DNA of 60,556 nucleotides, filler included, from Bipalium vagum (GCA_037834085.1; 3 parts of 3 records of this genome joined end to end with filler, not necessarily neighbours in it), one strand, 5' to 3'. Shown: positions 37,171 to 50,315, counted from the whole stretch's first letter. A program made the numbers and translations. Notes: a model not told the origin generated them from the letters alone.

Positions 37171-40100
37171 TTGAAATGATTGTCGTTTGTTGGAATAATT
37201 CAATAAATTTTCCAAAAGATTTTTTACATAAGAATAATAGGATGAAATAATAAGACTACCAAGATAACTTATAAAGATGGACAAGAGTGAATAAATCATC
37301 AGATTAAAGTGAAAATCAAATAAAAGGTGAAATCACAATGTACCAGAAGTAGACAATATTATCAGACAATATATCAATTTATACATGTCTAAATAAGGAA
37401 AGAAATGTATCAGATATCAACCAGAGGGTCATCTAATGAAGGAAGCTCGAATTAAACTACCCTGTCATCAATATCAAAAATATCATCTTCACAAAATTCT
37501 GTCAATATTCAGTTCGGAAAATATTATCTCACTGATGTGAAAAAATCGCCCTAAAATTAGTTCAAATATCTCCACTGACCGAATCCAATGAAGACATGAA
37601 GTCAGTTAAACAAAAAAAAACAAAGGGTTTCAATGATTTTAAATTATTATATATTCTTTGAACATGGTCTCATCAATATTCCGTTACATTGCTTAAAAAC
37701 CAATAAATGGAATTATTTTTAGAATTGATTATCATTTATTAGACTTTGTTTACAGAAGATTATTGATAATCTCAGTTCCTATCAGTTACACCAATATACT
37801 TCACAACATATGATTACATCTAAGTTGAGATAGGAAATTGGAAAAATATATTTATAGTTTCCATTTGACAATGGGATATGGTTGAATAATTTGAGGAAAC
37901 AATGACAAACTGAACAATAGCAATGGTATGTGAATACCCAGCTTCTACAACATCTCATTTATTCAGAGGAGAGGTTTTATGAATTGAATTTCCATTCAAA
38001 GCTGTTGCTGGGAGTAACACTATTGTTATTTTCTTCCATCGCAGTCAGGTTGTTTGTTTTAAATTTTATAGATTTTTCACTTTGATTAACGTTTTGAAAT
38101 TATCTGGTAAAAACAATTGCATGTAAAAATGGTTTGTTGACAAAAGAAATCTAAATGAAAAATCTATCTCATCCAAAAACTTTGAGCTAATTTCAACAGT
38201 GAAATCGAATATATTCTTCATTTAGATCGTTGACAATCAGGGATTACTGGAACGAATGGCACTGTCGAATTCATTTGGACCCAACCTCTCTTTCAAATAT
38301 TTGTCCAATAATCAAATCTTTTGTTTAAATCTGAAATTACCTTTGATAATGGAAAAAGGAGAAAAAAAAAGTCCCATGTTTGAGTAGTATCAACGAGGAC
38401 AAGACTTTTGTGAACTAATGGGCATGACGTTTTAAAGTACTTTTATGAAATATTTTTGATTGCCTCTGGATTTTAATTATTTATTTTAATAATAATTTGA
38501 AAAAATGTTCCATCAGTTTATTTTATTTATATTTTTCGTCGAATATTTTAAATTCAAAGTTGTATAATTTAAAATATGTTAGTTTTAAAAAACTCGATTT
38601 TATCAGTGCAACATTCCTCTTTTTAATCAATGAACAAAAGTAAAGAATTAAATGAATACATTTTTGAGATTGGTCCCAAAGTTGGCTCCAGTTTAGGATA
38701 CATTTATAAAGCGCCAAAACTTAATGTCGATTGTTTATATTCATCAAAAGTTACAATGTTCACGTTTTTGATATATTTCAAGTAGACGCTTGTTATCAAT
38801 TGACAACATTATTAAAAATAAATTATAATACACATTTCGAACTTTTTATCGGTTCTTCTTCAATCATCAATATTTGATATTATATTTATTTTAATCAATA
38901 AACTTTTAAATCAATATATTATATAGTTTAATTAAAGACTGGAGAAGAACTGATAAAAAGCTCAAAACATATTTCATAATAATAAAATTTTAAAAAAAAA
39001 CTTTTCTGTCAATTGATAAATGAACGTTTACCCGGAAAAGATAATAAACTCAAATAAAAATATCTTTTTACGTAAATGTGTGAAGATTTGCAAACAAAAT
39101 CGTTTTAAATCCCATTTGTAAGCTTTCGAAATTTGTATAATATAATATTATATTATCACAGAAATTTCAGATTTGAGTTAAGTTAGAAGAATTTAAGGCA
39201 CTAAAATCAAGAACCACATTAGGCTTTCTACAAGGCGTGTTCTTGTGGAATTCCGGAGAGAATTTCTGTGATGAAGTTAATAATTTACAAAGTGTCAAAT
39301 TGGGCGTGGAATTGATCCAAGAGAATCCAGAATAAATTTGACTTGTCTTCGGATAGATTGTTCTGGGAAAATAAAAAATTCTTTTTAATGTTATTCTACA
39401 CAGAGCATTGTAAATTACAAAGGAGGAATGCTAAACGAGACTGATTCGGATGAGAAGTTTTGGCTTATTAAAACAGTAAAATTTATTGAAATATCATAAT
39501 CAATAAAATTGATTTTTACAAAATAAAATCATTATTTTTATGATAAACATAATCAGTGGACTCTGAATAATCAATAATACAAAAAAATAAAATAAAATAT
39601 ATTTATTACAACATTTTAATTGTGAATTAACATAAGTAAAATAGTGTTTAGAGATCACAGCAAATAAAATATAGAACAGAGGAAAAACACAAATTAAATA
39701 AGTTTAATCTAAAGAGATATATCAGAGTAAATGTTCATCAGAGTCAGTAGCATGTCTTGTTAACCACAGAATGCTCCTCCAAATGGAAAGCCTGGACAAG
39801 TATCTGTGGTTTGATAGAGAGGGCTGCTCATTGTATTGGTAGTCGTTGTTGTATTGCTATTGACTGTTATTTTATAATTCAATCTATTTTCCTCAGGTTC
39901 TTTAACTTCCATTCCATGACGAAACATCTTCAATATTTTATTCAATCAATATTCAACAAAAAATCGATCAATTAACCTGGGGTTTCCATTCCATAGTCCC
40001 GTGTTGAAAATCAGAATTTTCATAATTTCCCGACTACATAAGAAAAATAATTGATTAAACTAAACATATACACTTGTTTTAGTAATTTATTATTAATTAT

Positions 40101-40260
40101 CTTCTGGTTCTCTTTTTAACATTTACCAGACTATTATTGCAACTGGTTTTTTGGAATATCATATTATTATCAAAACTATTGTAAGACGCTTAAAAGAATG
40201 AGTTTGGATGGGACCATTAAGAGACAGTATTGTAATCGAAATAAAATCAGTGCATTTATG
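37170..40260 (-). pseudogene. Decayed multi-cysteine-cluster LRR receptor-like remnant
   Basis: Thr-rich run then TCPGFPFGGAFC (39763-39860), LFSQNNLSEDKSNLF (~39330-39375), FLLSTN(fs)FTCNCF (38110-38150), CYCSVCHC, ELRLS, second NP...LHWIRS (37575-37630), hydrophobic LMIYSLLSIFISYLGSLII (ORF 37090-37299). Confidence 0.45.
38500..39130. mobile_element. Foldback/MITE-like element
   Basis: Inverted arms ttatcaattgaca (~38793) and tgtcaattgataa (~39007); shares gaagaactgataaa with a related block near 16855. Confidence 0.4.
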
Positions 40261-40544
40261 GCCATGAGAAATAGTCTAGAGATCAATTTTTTCAGGGGAA
40301 AAAGTACATTTTAAAACAACTAACTTCAATAGTGTATTATGGATATAATTTAAGAATGACTATTATAAAAGAGGATTGTGAAGAAGTAATAAAACAAAGG
40401 GGAAATAAAAATAGCAATCGATCCTTCGTGATTTTATTTTACATTTTGTGAGATAAGAAAATGTTACCTATTTATCGTAATGGTTTTATAAAAAGTGCTT
40501 TAAAGTATAAATCAGATAAGTGAGAAGTTAAGTTATTAATTATA

Positions 40545-41126
40545 TATACCGGTTGGACGACAATGAAGGAAATAAACTTGTTATCTGTCTATTTTGTATG
40601 AAAATATATTTTATCTAAATCTATATATCTAGATACGACATAAAAGTAGATTTTGTTTAAATGAAAAACTGGCAAAAAGTATTTTAAATTTAGGTGTGAA
40701 TCTAGATTTAAAAATTGATTTAATTCGATTTTATTATGGCAATGGGAATTCTCATAAAATTTAAGAGAAATCAAAAGCTAAAGAAAAATAATTAAAAACT
40801 CATGTACATTATTATTCAGCATTATCCAAACTTTTGAAGAAGTGTGAGGAAACTGGAAGTGTTGTCAATATACCTCATGGGCGGTGTTCTTTAGTGATTG
40901 AACTTCAAACCGCCATTAAATGTTCAATTGTTGATATGGATGATAAGATATTGTCTTCTAACGAAGAATTGAGTTAACGTTATCTGTTAATGGAAACCAT
41001 TTCGAGAACGTAATACAAGGAAAACTATTGCGTTCCATTTACTGTTTATGTTATTTTTCAATAATATTTTGTTGACTATTTTATTTCTCATTTACTTTTT
41101 TCCTCTGTTTTGATACAGCCGTTATA
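40545..41126 (+). mobile_element. Deleted rosa-like Tc1-mariner remnant
   Basis: KKCEETGSVVNIP N-terminal motif joined to C-terminal NGNHFE. Confidence 0.55.
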
Positions 41127-41745
41127 TGAAATATATCAATTATTGTTTAAATTTAATTAAAAATTAAATTATTTTCAGAAAATTTTGATGTGAAAATTTT
41201 ATTTTATCGATTTTGAGAAAAGAATTTCTTCCATTAGTAAGCTTTAAAACGAATTTTCATTGAGTAAATGTTCAACTTTTTGTTTGAGAATAGAAATAAA
41301 TAATCGAAATTTTAACCAATTGTCTTTTTTTTAATGCTACCCTTGATTTAACAAGGTAGACAACATGATCTTCAAAATAATTCTCGATCATTATAAAAAG
41401 TTCTAGAATTTTTAAAAATTAGTATTAAATACAACAAGATAAAGTAATTAAATTAATTAATTAATATATAAACATAATACTATAATATATATTTCATGTC
41501 ATATCTCTCACCATTTTACTAGACATTGTTTATTTACGATGAATAATTCTCGAAATAATATTACTAATTATTATTTAAATTTTATTTAATTATTTATATA
41601 GTAAAAGAAGGTGTAATTTTAACATAAGCATAATATAAAAATAGAGTTTAACATTAAATTTTTAACATAAAATAGAGCAAATGGGAAATCAATGTAAGTA
41701 ATGATAATCAATATAATAATAAAAAATCATAAGTAATATTCAAAC

Positions 41746-42036
41746 TGGCCATTGACACCACCAAGGAGGTCATTAAGGAAATCATAAGATAAATATAATC
41801 GACGATACACTGTTCGCTATAGATAAAAATATATAATTATTTTATACCGAGTGATCTTTAATGCAACAAAATAAAATCAAACCTCAGTCTGTCTCTTAGA
41901 TAAGCTGTTTCTGTTTTTTAAGGTATCATCTTCGTTATCAAATTTTATGTTCGGAGATGCCGAGCCAAGCCTGAATTATTTTATGTTATACGAATAGAAA
42001 AATTATTCATTATTACTTCTTTTTGTTGTCAGACAT
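41746..42036 (-). CDS. 5' coding exons of a host gene of unknown function
   Basis: Exons 42017-42036 (ATG), 41883-41970, 41746-41816 with 46 and 66 nt GT-AG introns, plus a 54-nt 5'UTR intron (42060-42113); MSDNKKKLGSASPNIKFDNEDDTLKNRNSLSKRQTERTVYRRLYLSYDFLNDLLGGVNG. The last donor site is uncertain. Confidence 0.65.
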
Positions 42037-42314
42037 TTATGTTTCTTATTAACCAAAATCTATAAAAATAAAAAATTGATAAGAAGATAACAAAATCAAT
42101 AACAAAACTCAACCTTTCAAGAATTAATTAAGTTAAAATAAAATTTAAGTGATGCATTCTAACAACCAATAAATATTTTATTTAATCAATTTTATAATTG
42201 ATTATTTGATAATGGATTAATTTAAAAATCGAAAATCGTTTTTGATGACGAAAAATTAAGATATTTTTTTAAAAAATTATTAGTATGATTTTAAAAACAT
42301 TTAATTACTTAGAC

Positions 42315-42484
42315 AATTTTAAAGCAGTTCATTGAGTAAAATTGGAAATAGGTTTAATTAATAAATAAAGAAACTATTAATCTCTGATTCCATTTTTTAA
42401 ATTTTAAAGCAGTTCATTGAGTAAAATTGGAAATAGGTTTAATTAATAAATAAAGAAACTATTAATCTCTGATTCCATTTTTTA
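42315..42484. repeat. Perfect 85-bp tandem duplication
   Basis: 42315-42399 is identical to 42400-42484. Confidence 0.95.
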
Positions 42485-42540
42485 AAAAATTATTCATAAA
42501 ATTAATTAAAAACCATTGATTTATTGATAATATTAATAAG

Positions 42541-43252
42541 TAATTTGGTGGACTAAATCAAGATGTAAGTTACAGAAATTCAAAAAATGAGAAAATTTTC
42601 ATTGTTTTGGATTTTTGAGCTTGAGTTTTGTTCTTCTTTATCAATTTACACATATTAATATAATCCATTTGAAATGGTACAAAAAAATTATTAATTACCT
42701 AAATATATTAAAAAGTTTTAGCATTGGGACAGTATGATTTGACAAATCAGAGTTGGAAGTGGCAAGGTTGAAAAGTGATTTAAGACATAATTAAAAGAAA
42801 AATAATGAACATTGGTATTTATATATTTTTGAAATATATATGTATATATTTTTTTAAAATAAGAAGTTTATCTTTATTTATTTCGGCCCCAATATGTTGC
42901 ACAGTACAATGAGTTTAGAGTGTAAACTGTATAGGTACACCAGAAAAGCCCATCATCGTTCTATCTAATTTTTTAAGTATTCAATTTTTGAAACTAAAAA
43001 TTTGCCACTTTCCAAATGTTTTTTAATTATTCATCATTATTGTATTTGGTCCTCGATGAATGAAGCTGCAAATAACTTAAGAATAATGAATTCTTCTGTC
43101 TCCTTCTATCACAAGTCAACTTCAACGATTTTTTGGAATCCATAGAAAAAAAGGTATCAGCACCCACAGCACCCCTGAAAAATTCGAAATCAAAGTCCAC
43201 AAAGGAGTCGGAACAGCGGCAATCCGATCAATACGTAGATGATGGAAAATAA
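42541..43252 (+). CDS. Small plus-strand gene (3' exons), unknown function
   Basis: Phase-1 symmetric exons 42541-42564, 42722-42766, 42935-42976 and terminal 43116-43252: IWWTKSRSLGQYDLTNQSWKWQGTPEKPIIVLSNFLINFNDFLESIEKKVSAPTAPLKNSKSKSTKESEQRQSDQYVDDGK*; start codon not located. Confidence 0.45.
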
Positions 43253-43570
43253 TTCTCTAAAGCTCACAATTGATATTTAACTAATTATGATTTTTGTCAA
43301 ATTTGCACGAAAAGCCTTGTTGTGCTTACTTTTCTTTTATTTTTTTGACTGTTTGTTATGTAATTTTTTATTTTATTTTATTTGTTATAAAAATAACAAT
43401 ATTTTATTTTATAAATCTGTTTTTCATTAAGTTTAATAAATAATTTAATAATATTGGATTGTAAAGTTCAAAATCCAACTAATAAAATTTATTAAAAAAA
43501 AGAATTTTTACATAGATAAAATAAGAAACTTAACAAAAGTAATTTCCATTGTTATCTATGATCTTTTGCC

Positions 43571-43670
43571 NNNNNNNNNNNNNNNNNNNNNNNNNNNNNN
43601 NNNNNNNNNNNNNNTTAATTAATTAANNNNNNNNNNNNNNNNNNNNNNNNNNNNNNNNNNNNNNNNNNNN
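43571..43670. other. Scaffold gap with artificial TTAATTAATTAA linker
   Basis: Same construct as 17312-17411. Confidence 0.95.
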
Positions 43671-44799
43671 ATTATTTGTTGTCTTTAAAATAAACGCATT
43701 TTGTTATTTTTAAAAAAATCCGCAGAATTAACTGGTACACCTAATATAAGAAAAATAACTACCACCACAGTATTTACATATACCATAAGCAAAAAATGTT
43801 ATTTCAAATATTGAATTTGATAGAAAAATTATTTATATTTTTTTTCATTAAATTTTGCGAAATTTATAAAACCGAAGAAAAAATTAATTATATTCTTCAT
43901 TTTTTGTAAATCTTTTACCATTTATTTTTCCATCAAGAGAAATCATTTCTTGCAGATTCTCGTTAAAAAATATATATATTAAAAACTCGATCATTAATTA
44001 TGTTTTTTCTCAATATGTAAATATTTTGTCTTATTGTGTTTTATTAAACGCATTCTTTTTCCATTTGGCATTTCCACATCGCAAAACTCAATCAAATTTA
44101 TCATATTATGGTAATTGGTAATTTCTTCATCTTACTACATAAACAAATGACTCTGTCGATCTATGAATTCTCAAACAAATTTCATTAATTCTCAATCAAA
44201 ATTGATATCAACAATAAATCCCTTTGCCTCCTTTCCTTTACAATCTCAAAATCTTAAATTGTCAAAACTTTAATACAGTTATCTCTTTAAATTATAAATA
44301 AATATTTTTTCTTCCATTTTCATATTTTCTCAGATAAAATTCTTTTCTTTCGTTTGTATATCATAATATATCATAAACATTTAAAAGTCAGAATAATACG
44401 AATATTAAGAAATATATTTTTATATTATTTAAAATATTTGTGATATTATTCTAAATTATCTACATTTAATAAACGAATACGGTATTCAAGTTTTTAACAT
44501 TAAGACATTACCATACACAAAATTATTTGAAGCTTATAAAAAAAATATTAAGTGTGTGATGAAAAAAAAGCTTTTCAAATAGCTGTACTAATCAAATATC
44601 GCATTTGTTTGAATAAACTAACTACTACTATTTATGTTAAGCATTTTTCAAAAATAATCAGTCAATTTTTTGTTAAAACTGTCTTTGGAAAGGATTTGTT
44701 TAAATCTATTATTCTATTATTATTCTATAAAATATAAAAACTTGATTAATTAATGAATCTCGTTAATTCGTTAATTAATTAATCAATCTATTTTATAAG

Positions 44800-45330
44800 G
44801 TACGTAACAGAATCACAATTACGAAAATTACAGGAGTAAACTGTATAAAATAAGATGGATAAAAAAATGATGAATTAAGAGGTCAAATTCAATGGTTTTA
44901 AAGTTATGTATAATACGAGTTAAATTATATTGTTCATTTTGTGCTAAAATTTAAGTACCATACATATTAGTAAATTTTCAATTGCAAAAAATCAAAATAA
45001 GTGGGATAACAAAACGGAGATTTCGAACAATACCTCATTATATTGACGTATAATTAATAATATATGACGTATAAAAGAATGAGCGGTTGGGAAAATATTT
45101 TACCAGAAATTCAAAATCTTTATAATGTAGTCTAGCTAAGATCATATTTGGAAGGAAACATTACAGAGCGGTCCATGAAAAGATATCAATAGAAAAAGGA
45201 AAGGAAGATATAAGGAGATGCAGAGTCCGGTGTCAACAAGAAGAATATTTAAACTTGGTAACGAAGCACTCGTAATAACAACAAAACTAAGAATAAAGAA
45301 AAGAATAAAGAACCGTGTAGATAAAAAAAA
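44800..45330 (+). mobile_element. Gypsy integrase C-terminal fragment
   Basis: RRFRTI, GWENILPEIQNLYN, KIIFGRK; related to the 24519-27975 family. Confidence 0.6.
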
Positions 45331-45599
45331 ATCAGGAACTGAAAAAACATTTCAAACTTTTAAAAATTCTTGAAAATAAGGAAAATGAATATTTAAACCT
45401 AAACATATTTTTAAATTTTTATAAAGTATTTAGTGGGCTCGTCAAAGATACAATCCAAAAGAACAAATAGCAGATATAATAAGATCGCCCAGGGCCTGTC
45501 AAACTAATAATAAAATAATAATCTTAATAAAAATATTATTGAAATATTTAAAATTTTCATATTTCTCATAATCTCTTTTATATAAGATATGTTTATATC

Positions 45600-46282
45600 T
45601 GTTAGCGGCAAATTTCAAAGGTGAAATTAATTTCCCGCTAGCATAAAAAGTATGAACATTCCCACAATAGTCGGACAGAAAAAGAATGTAAGAGATTTTT
45701 TTTTTAGTTTAGGAAATTTGTTAAAGTTCATCGAAAATTTTGAAAATTCAGTGTAGTTTATTATTTTTTTTTCAAATGAGTCCCATTGAGTTTGGGAATC
45801 CATAGGCGACCGTAAGAAGTCTAGGGAGCGACCCAGGAACTGATTGGACACTATCGGTAAGACATTCTTGATTTGTTATTTTGGTTAAAAATTGGTATTA
45901 CTTTTATTATAGTTTTCTTAATATAGTTTTTCTTTTAATAGTTTTCTTAAACATAATAATTCGATTGAGATGCATTCCTAGATTTATTATTATTTATTGA
46001 TAAATTAATTGTTGCGATTTCAAACTTTGTGAGTTGTGCCATTGTTATAAATAAAGTTTCATTTTGATTACTTTGATTCATTTGCGCATATATAAGATAA
46101 ATTTTATAGTGATTGTTTTCATTCATTTTTAGAAGAATAAGGTTTATAGTGGTTATTTTGATTCAAGTAAGGATTTGAATTAATAGTGACAGTGAAATAT
46201 AAGAGCTGGCGGACACAAGGATGAATATTGAGACGTCAGAGTTGGACCTAAAGTTACTTCTAACTAAGTTAAGATTGTAACA
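45600..46282 (+). mobile_element. Candidate solo LTR
   Basis: TGTTA...TAACA inverted termini, internal AATAAA and T-rich U5-like part; no TSD seen. Confidence 0.5.
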
Positions 46283-46562
46283 TTTAAATATTCAATATAT
46301 TTTTTAATTAAATTTTAATTATTTTTTCTAAATTTAAAAATTATTTTTTTAACAAAAGAAAAAACCATTTATCTTAAAAATAATTATTGAGTACATGCGA
46401 ATATCAAAATTATACAAAAACTAAAATTATGAAGACCCTAATTTTTAATACTGATATTGAGGTATGATCAATAGTAAAATTCAAAATGAAATTAAAAATA
46501 TACAACAAAATGAGCGAGATTTTTGATTTTTGGTCTCGATTGTTTCAATTTATTAAAGGTAG

Positions 46563-47081
46563 ATATCCTACGACTTCCAGCCGAGAGATGTTGAAAAACT
46601 AAAGATCAACTCAAATCAAGAGTTGAAAATTTCAACACAAACTGAGCAGCCACAAAACAAAAAGTTTTCTTATAACGTAATTCATGAGCTTTCTCAATGA
46701 TCAGAAAAACCATTGTCAACGATGGATATATCTATTATATGAAGTGATAATAGGTAAATGAAAACCTTAAATTGATAGTACAAATACCACCTAGTAGTAG
46801 TAGCAATCAATAAATAAAATGAGACTAACTACAAAATCTGACAATTTACAGATGAAATTTAATAATAACCGATGAAAAAAAATTTTGTTTTTATTATTTA
46901 TTTTTGAAAAATATAACAATAAAAAACTAAGATTAATTTGATAGGTTTAAAATCAATAAAGATGAACGAATTTATTCAACTATCGATAGAATTTTATTCA
47001 AACTATCAAGCGTGGATTAAGATGGAATATTCCATATCTTTTCTGGAGGAAAGTCCATTACAGAAAATCTATCATTATCAG
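46563..47081 (+). CDS. Possible exons of another host gene or pseudogene
   Basis: AG/GT-bounded open exons 46563-46676 (ISYDFQPRDVEKLKIN...) and 46945-47081 (LKSIKMNEFIQLSIEFY...); joining them via a middle exon requires an unusually short 28-nt intron. Confidence 0.3.
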
Positions 47082-47959
47082 GTCTAAGGAATTAGATGAT
47101 TATCAAAAGGAATTAATTGAACATATATTGAACATGGGTTATCAAAATGAGTAAAATTATTTTTAATATTTTTAATAAGTATAAAATATTCTAAAAAAAA
47201 TAAAAAATAAAAAAATTTAAATGAAAAATGAAAACTTCAAGTTAGAAATTTTTCAAATATTTTTCTAATTTTCCTAAGAAAAATAATTCTTTTATTTTAA
47301 TTTTACTTCTGTAATTACTTTTCCAATTCTGTTGTACACTGATTTATATTTGTTGAATAACGAACGGAGAGCAGAGGCTTATAAAATTAAAAAAATCGCA
47401 ATCTTTTTTGTCTCGTTAAAACAAACAGATAACTAAATGAAAACTTCTGAGGCTCATTTTCATTTTACTTTGGAGCTCGCATAATCCATTTGAAAACGTC
47501 GATTTTACTTTTCATTTATTCAGTGTTCACTTAAATCATTTATCAATGAAAGCTATAATCAGTTCTATCTTTCTTCTGTCTAACTGTCTTTCAGAACATA
47601 GAAAACCGAACGTCTGGCTTTCTTGATCAATAAAAATTGATATATATTGCCTAGACAACTTTATAAACATTTGCTACAAAGTAAATAACAATTGCTTTTC
47701 ATTAGGAAAATAAACAAGTTAGAAGGGTAAGTACCATTGGAAACTGACATTACTTTCTGCTAATACCAAAATTCGTATCATATGAAAGAAAAGATCAAAC
47801 CATTTTTGTTTTAATTATTCACAATAAATTTTTTTTGAAATAAAATATTTTCCGTTACGAGTAATTTTAACGATATAAATTAGTTTAAAATGATTCTATT
47901 ATTAACCAATCAATATTTAATTAAAAAAGATGACTTAATAAAAATCTTATTATTCTTCA

Positions 47960-48236
47960 TATTCTTCTTATTCTGGCTTGCAAACAATGTTGATATGTTT
48001 TAGTCAAAGGATTTATGGCTTTCTAACAATCCAGATCTAAACCCCATGGACTATCATTTGTGGGGCGTAATTGAAAGAAAGACTAATAAGTTCCGGCATA
48101 ATAATACCGATTCTCTTTGGGCTGTTATTGATGCCGAATTCAAAATAATTAACCATGAGCATCTTAAGAAAGCATGCTCGAGCTTTAGAAAAAGAATTGA
48201 GCAGGTGATAACGGCAAGTGGTGACTTTATTGAATA
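47960..48236 (+). mobile_element. maT/DD37D-like transposase C-terminal fragment
   Basis: WLSNNPDLNPMDYHLWGVIERKTN...FRKRIEQVITASGDFIE. Confidence 0.85.
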
Positions 48237-48252
48237 CAAGGTTGAGCAAATA

Positions 48253-49478
48253 GTAAGTAGGTCGTAAAGTCCCTGGCCCGAACATGGTAAAACGCTAATA
48301 TTAAAAAATTTATGAAAAGTTCATTCTTTTAAACTATGAAATTTTAATTTTAATGCAGTCTGAATTTGTTTAAATTATCCACTAACATAAAAATTACACA
48401 CTTAGTTTTGAGTTTTAGATGGAAAAAGGTGAATTCCGCATATTGATAAAGCATTATTTTTTATGAAAGAAAACACCAAAAGAATCACAAGAAAAAATGA
48501 ATAAATATGATTGTGATTCTATTCCTTCGTATTCAACGGTAAAAAATTGGTTCGCTGACTTTAAACACGGTTGTATAAGCACAGATAATGCTGAATGAAG
48601 CGGTCGTCAAAATTGAAGTGTTGTGCCAGAGAACATTGAAAAAATCCATGAAGCAATTATGAACGATCGAAAAATCAAAGTCCGCCAGATATCTAACCTC
48701 GCAAAGATATCAGTCAATAGTATTAAATAATAATTCACGATGAATTGGAAATGAAAAAGCTTGTCACAAAGTGAGTGCCGCGTATTTACTTTGCGACAAT
48801 CGATCAAAAACAACGAGTTAATGATTCAAAGCTGTATTTTAGCGTATTTAACGGAAATCCAAATGAATTTCTCTGTCTTTATATAACTGTTGATGAAACG
48901 TGGATACATAACTACACACCGAAATATTCACGACAGTCAATAATGGGTAGGGCCCGTCGAAAGTGCTACACACCGGAAAAATCACAGCAGTCAGGTAGAA
49001 AGTATAGGGCAACTGTTTTTTGAGACGCCCATGAAATACTATTCATTGATTTTCTTGAAAAATGGAAAACAATAATGAGACAATATTATGAAGCATTTTT
49101 GGATCAATTAAGTAGAATAATCGTAAAAAAAAGAATAAGTTTAACAAGAAAGGTGTTATTTCATCATGAAAATATACTACCTCATCGAAGTGTTATTTCA
49201 ACAGCTAAAAAACATGAATTGCGCTACATCCATCGCATTCTCCGGAATTAGAACCTAGCGACTTTTATTCTCAAACTTCATAAGATGAATCTCTGGTAAA
49301 GTATTTTACACAAATGGTAAAACTACAGCATATTTTGACCGGTTGGAGAATTCTTATTTTTAGAGGATATCAAAAAGCTTCCTCCTCCTAAAAGGGGACT
49401 ACATTAAATGATAAAACTTTTTCATGTTTTAAAAAATTGTTTTTCTTTGTTAGTCCAGGGACTTTTCAAACTACTTAG
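48253..49478 (+). mobile_element. Near full-length irritans-subfamily (Himar1-like) mariner, inactive
   Basis: TA-flanked TIRs gtaagtaggtcgtaaagtccctgg and ctaagtagtttgaaaagtccctgg; transposase from ATG 48419 MEKGEFRILIKHYFL, ITVDETWIHNYTP, HSPELEPSDF, KGDYIK; multiple stops and frameshifts. Confidence 0.92.
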
Positions 49479-50064
49479 TATATTATAAATAAAAAAATTA
49501 TGTTAGTATTTTATTTTATTTTTTTGCTATGATGAAATATAACTTTGTCAATAAAATGTATTTTGTCCGGATTCTAGCACCCCACTCTGTATATTTAATA
49601 TACTTAAACATACCAAACGATGCACAAAATTCACGTATTGTTAATATATTATTTGTCTTGGTAATTCCTTTTTAAAATATTTGTAGATCGTAAGTCATGA
49701 TATTAAGGATTTCAATTACTTATGATAAAACCAAATAATTAATGCCATCAGAATAGAAATCATTTGTTTTTTGGCTGAATACCAAAATCTAGTTAATTTT
49801 GATAGCTTTGAAAATTTTAAATTTTCCATTACGAAAGACATTTATTAATTGTACCAAATAACACGTACGTTGTAACGTCTGAGATAAACGTGGTTGGATT
49901 GATAAGTAAGATACCTGACTAACTGGTGTCGTCATAACAATAAAATAAACTTTATTATTGAGAAGTACAATCATTCAATTTAATAATATAATTTTTTTAA
50001 GATTTTGTTAAATCATTTGAAATAAGCAACTTTTTAATTCTTTAAAAAATAAATAAAATTGAGT

Positions 50065-50315
50065 TTTGTATATTGATTAAATATTATTTTGTAAAAGGGA
50101 AAACGAACACAAGAACATCAGGAAAGCTCAAGAAACATTTCGATGAATTTGCTTCATCAAATTTTAGAGGGAAACACTGGTTCGTTGAATTCAAACGTGG
50201 CCGATTAAGCACAGTCGAATAACAGCAATAAGGTCGTCCGAAAGAGGTGACAACGCTAGAAATAATCTACATAACCACGACATTGTTTTGGAAGATTGTC
50301 GAGTGAAAGTGGGAT
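50065..50315 (+). mobile_element. Himar1-like mariner 5' fragment
   Basis: LIKYYFVKGKT...WFVEFKRGRLST...GRPKEVTT. Confidence 0.8.

Noticed and set aside
42315-42484. CRISPR-like repeat array (also the 22-bp repeat at 50505-50560)
   Set aside because: Direct tandem copies with no unique spacers and no cas genes, in a eukaryotic context.
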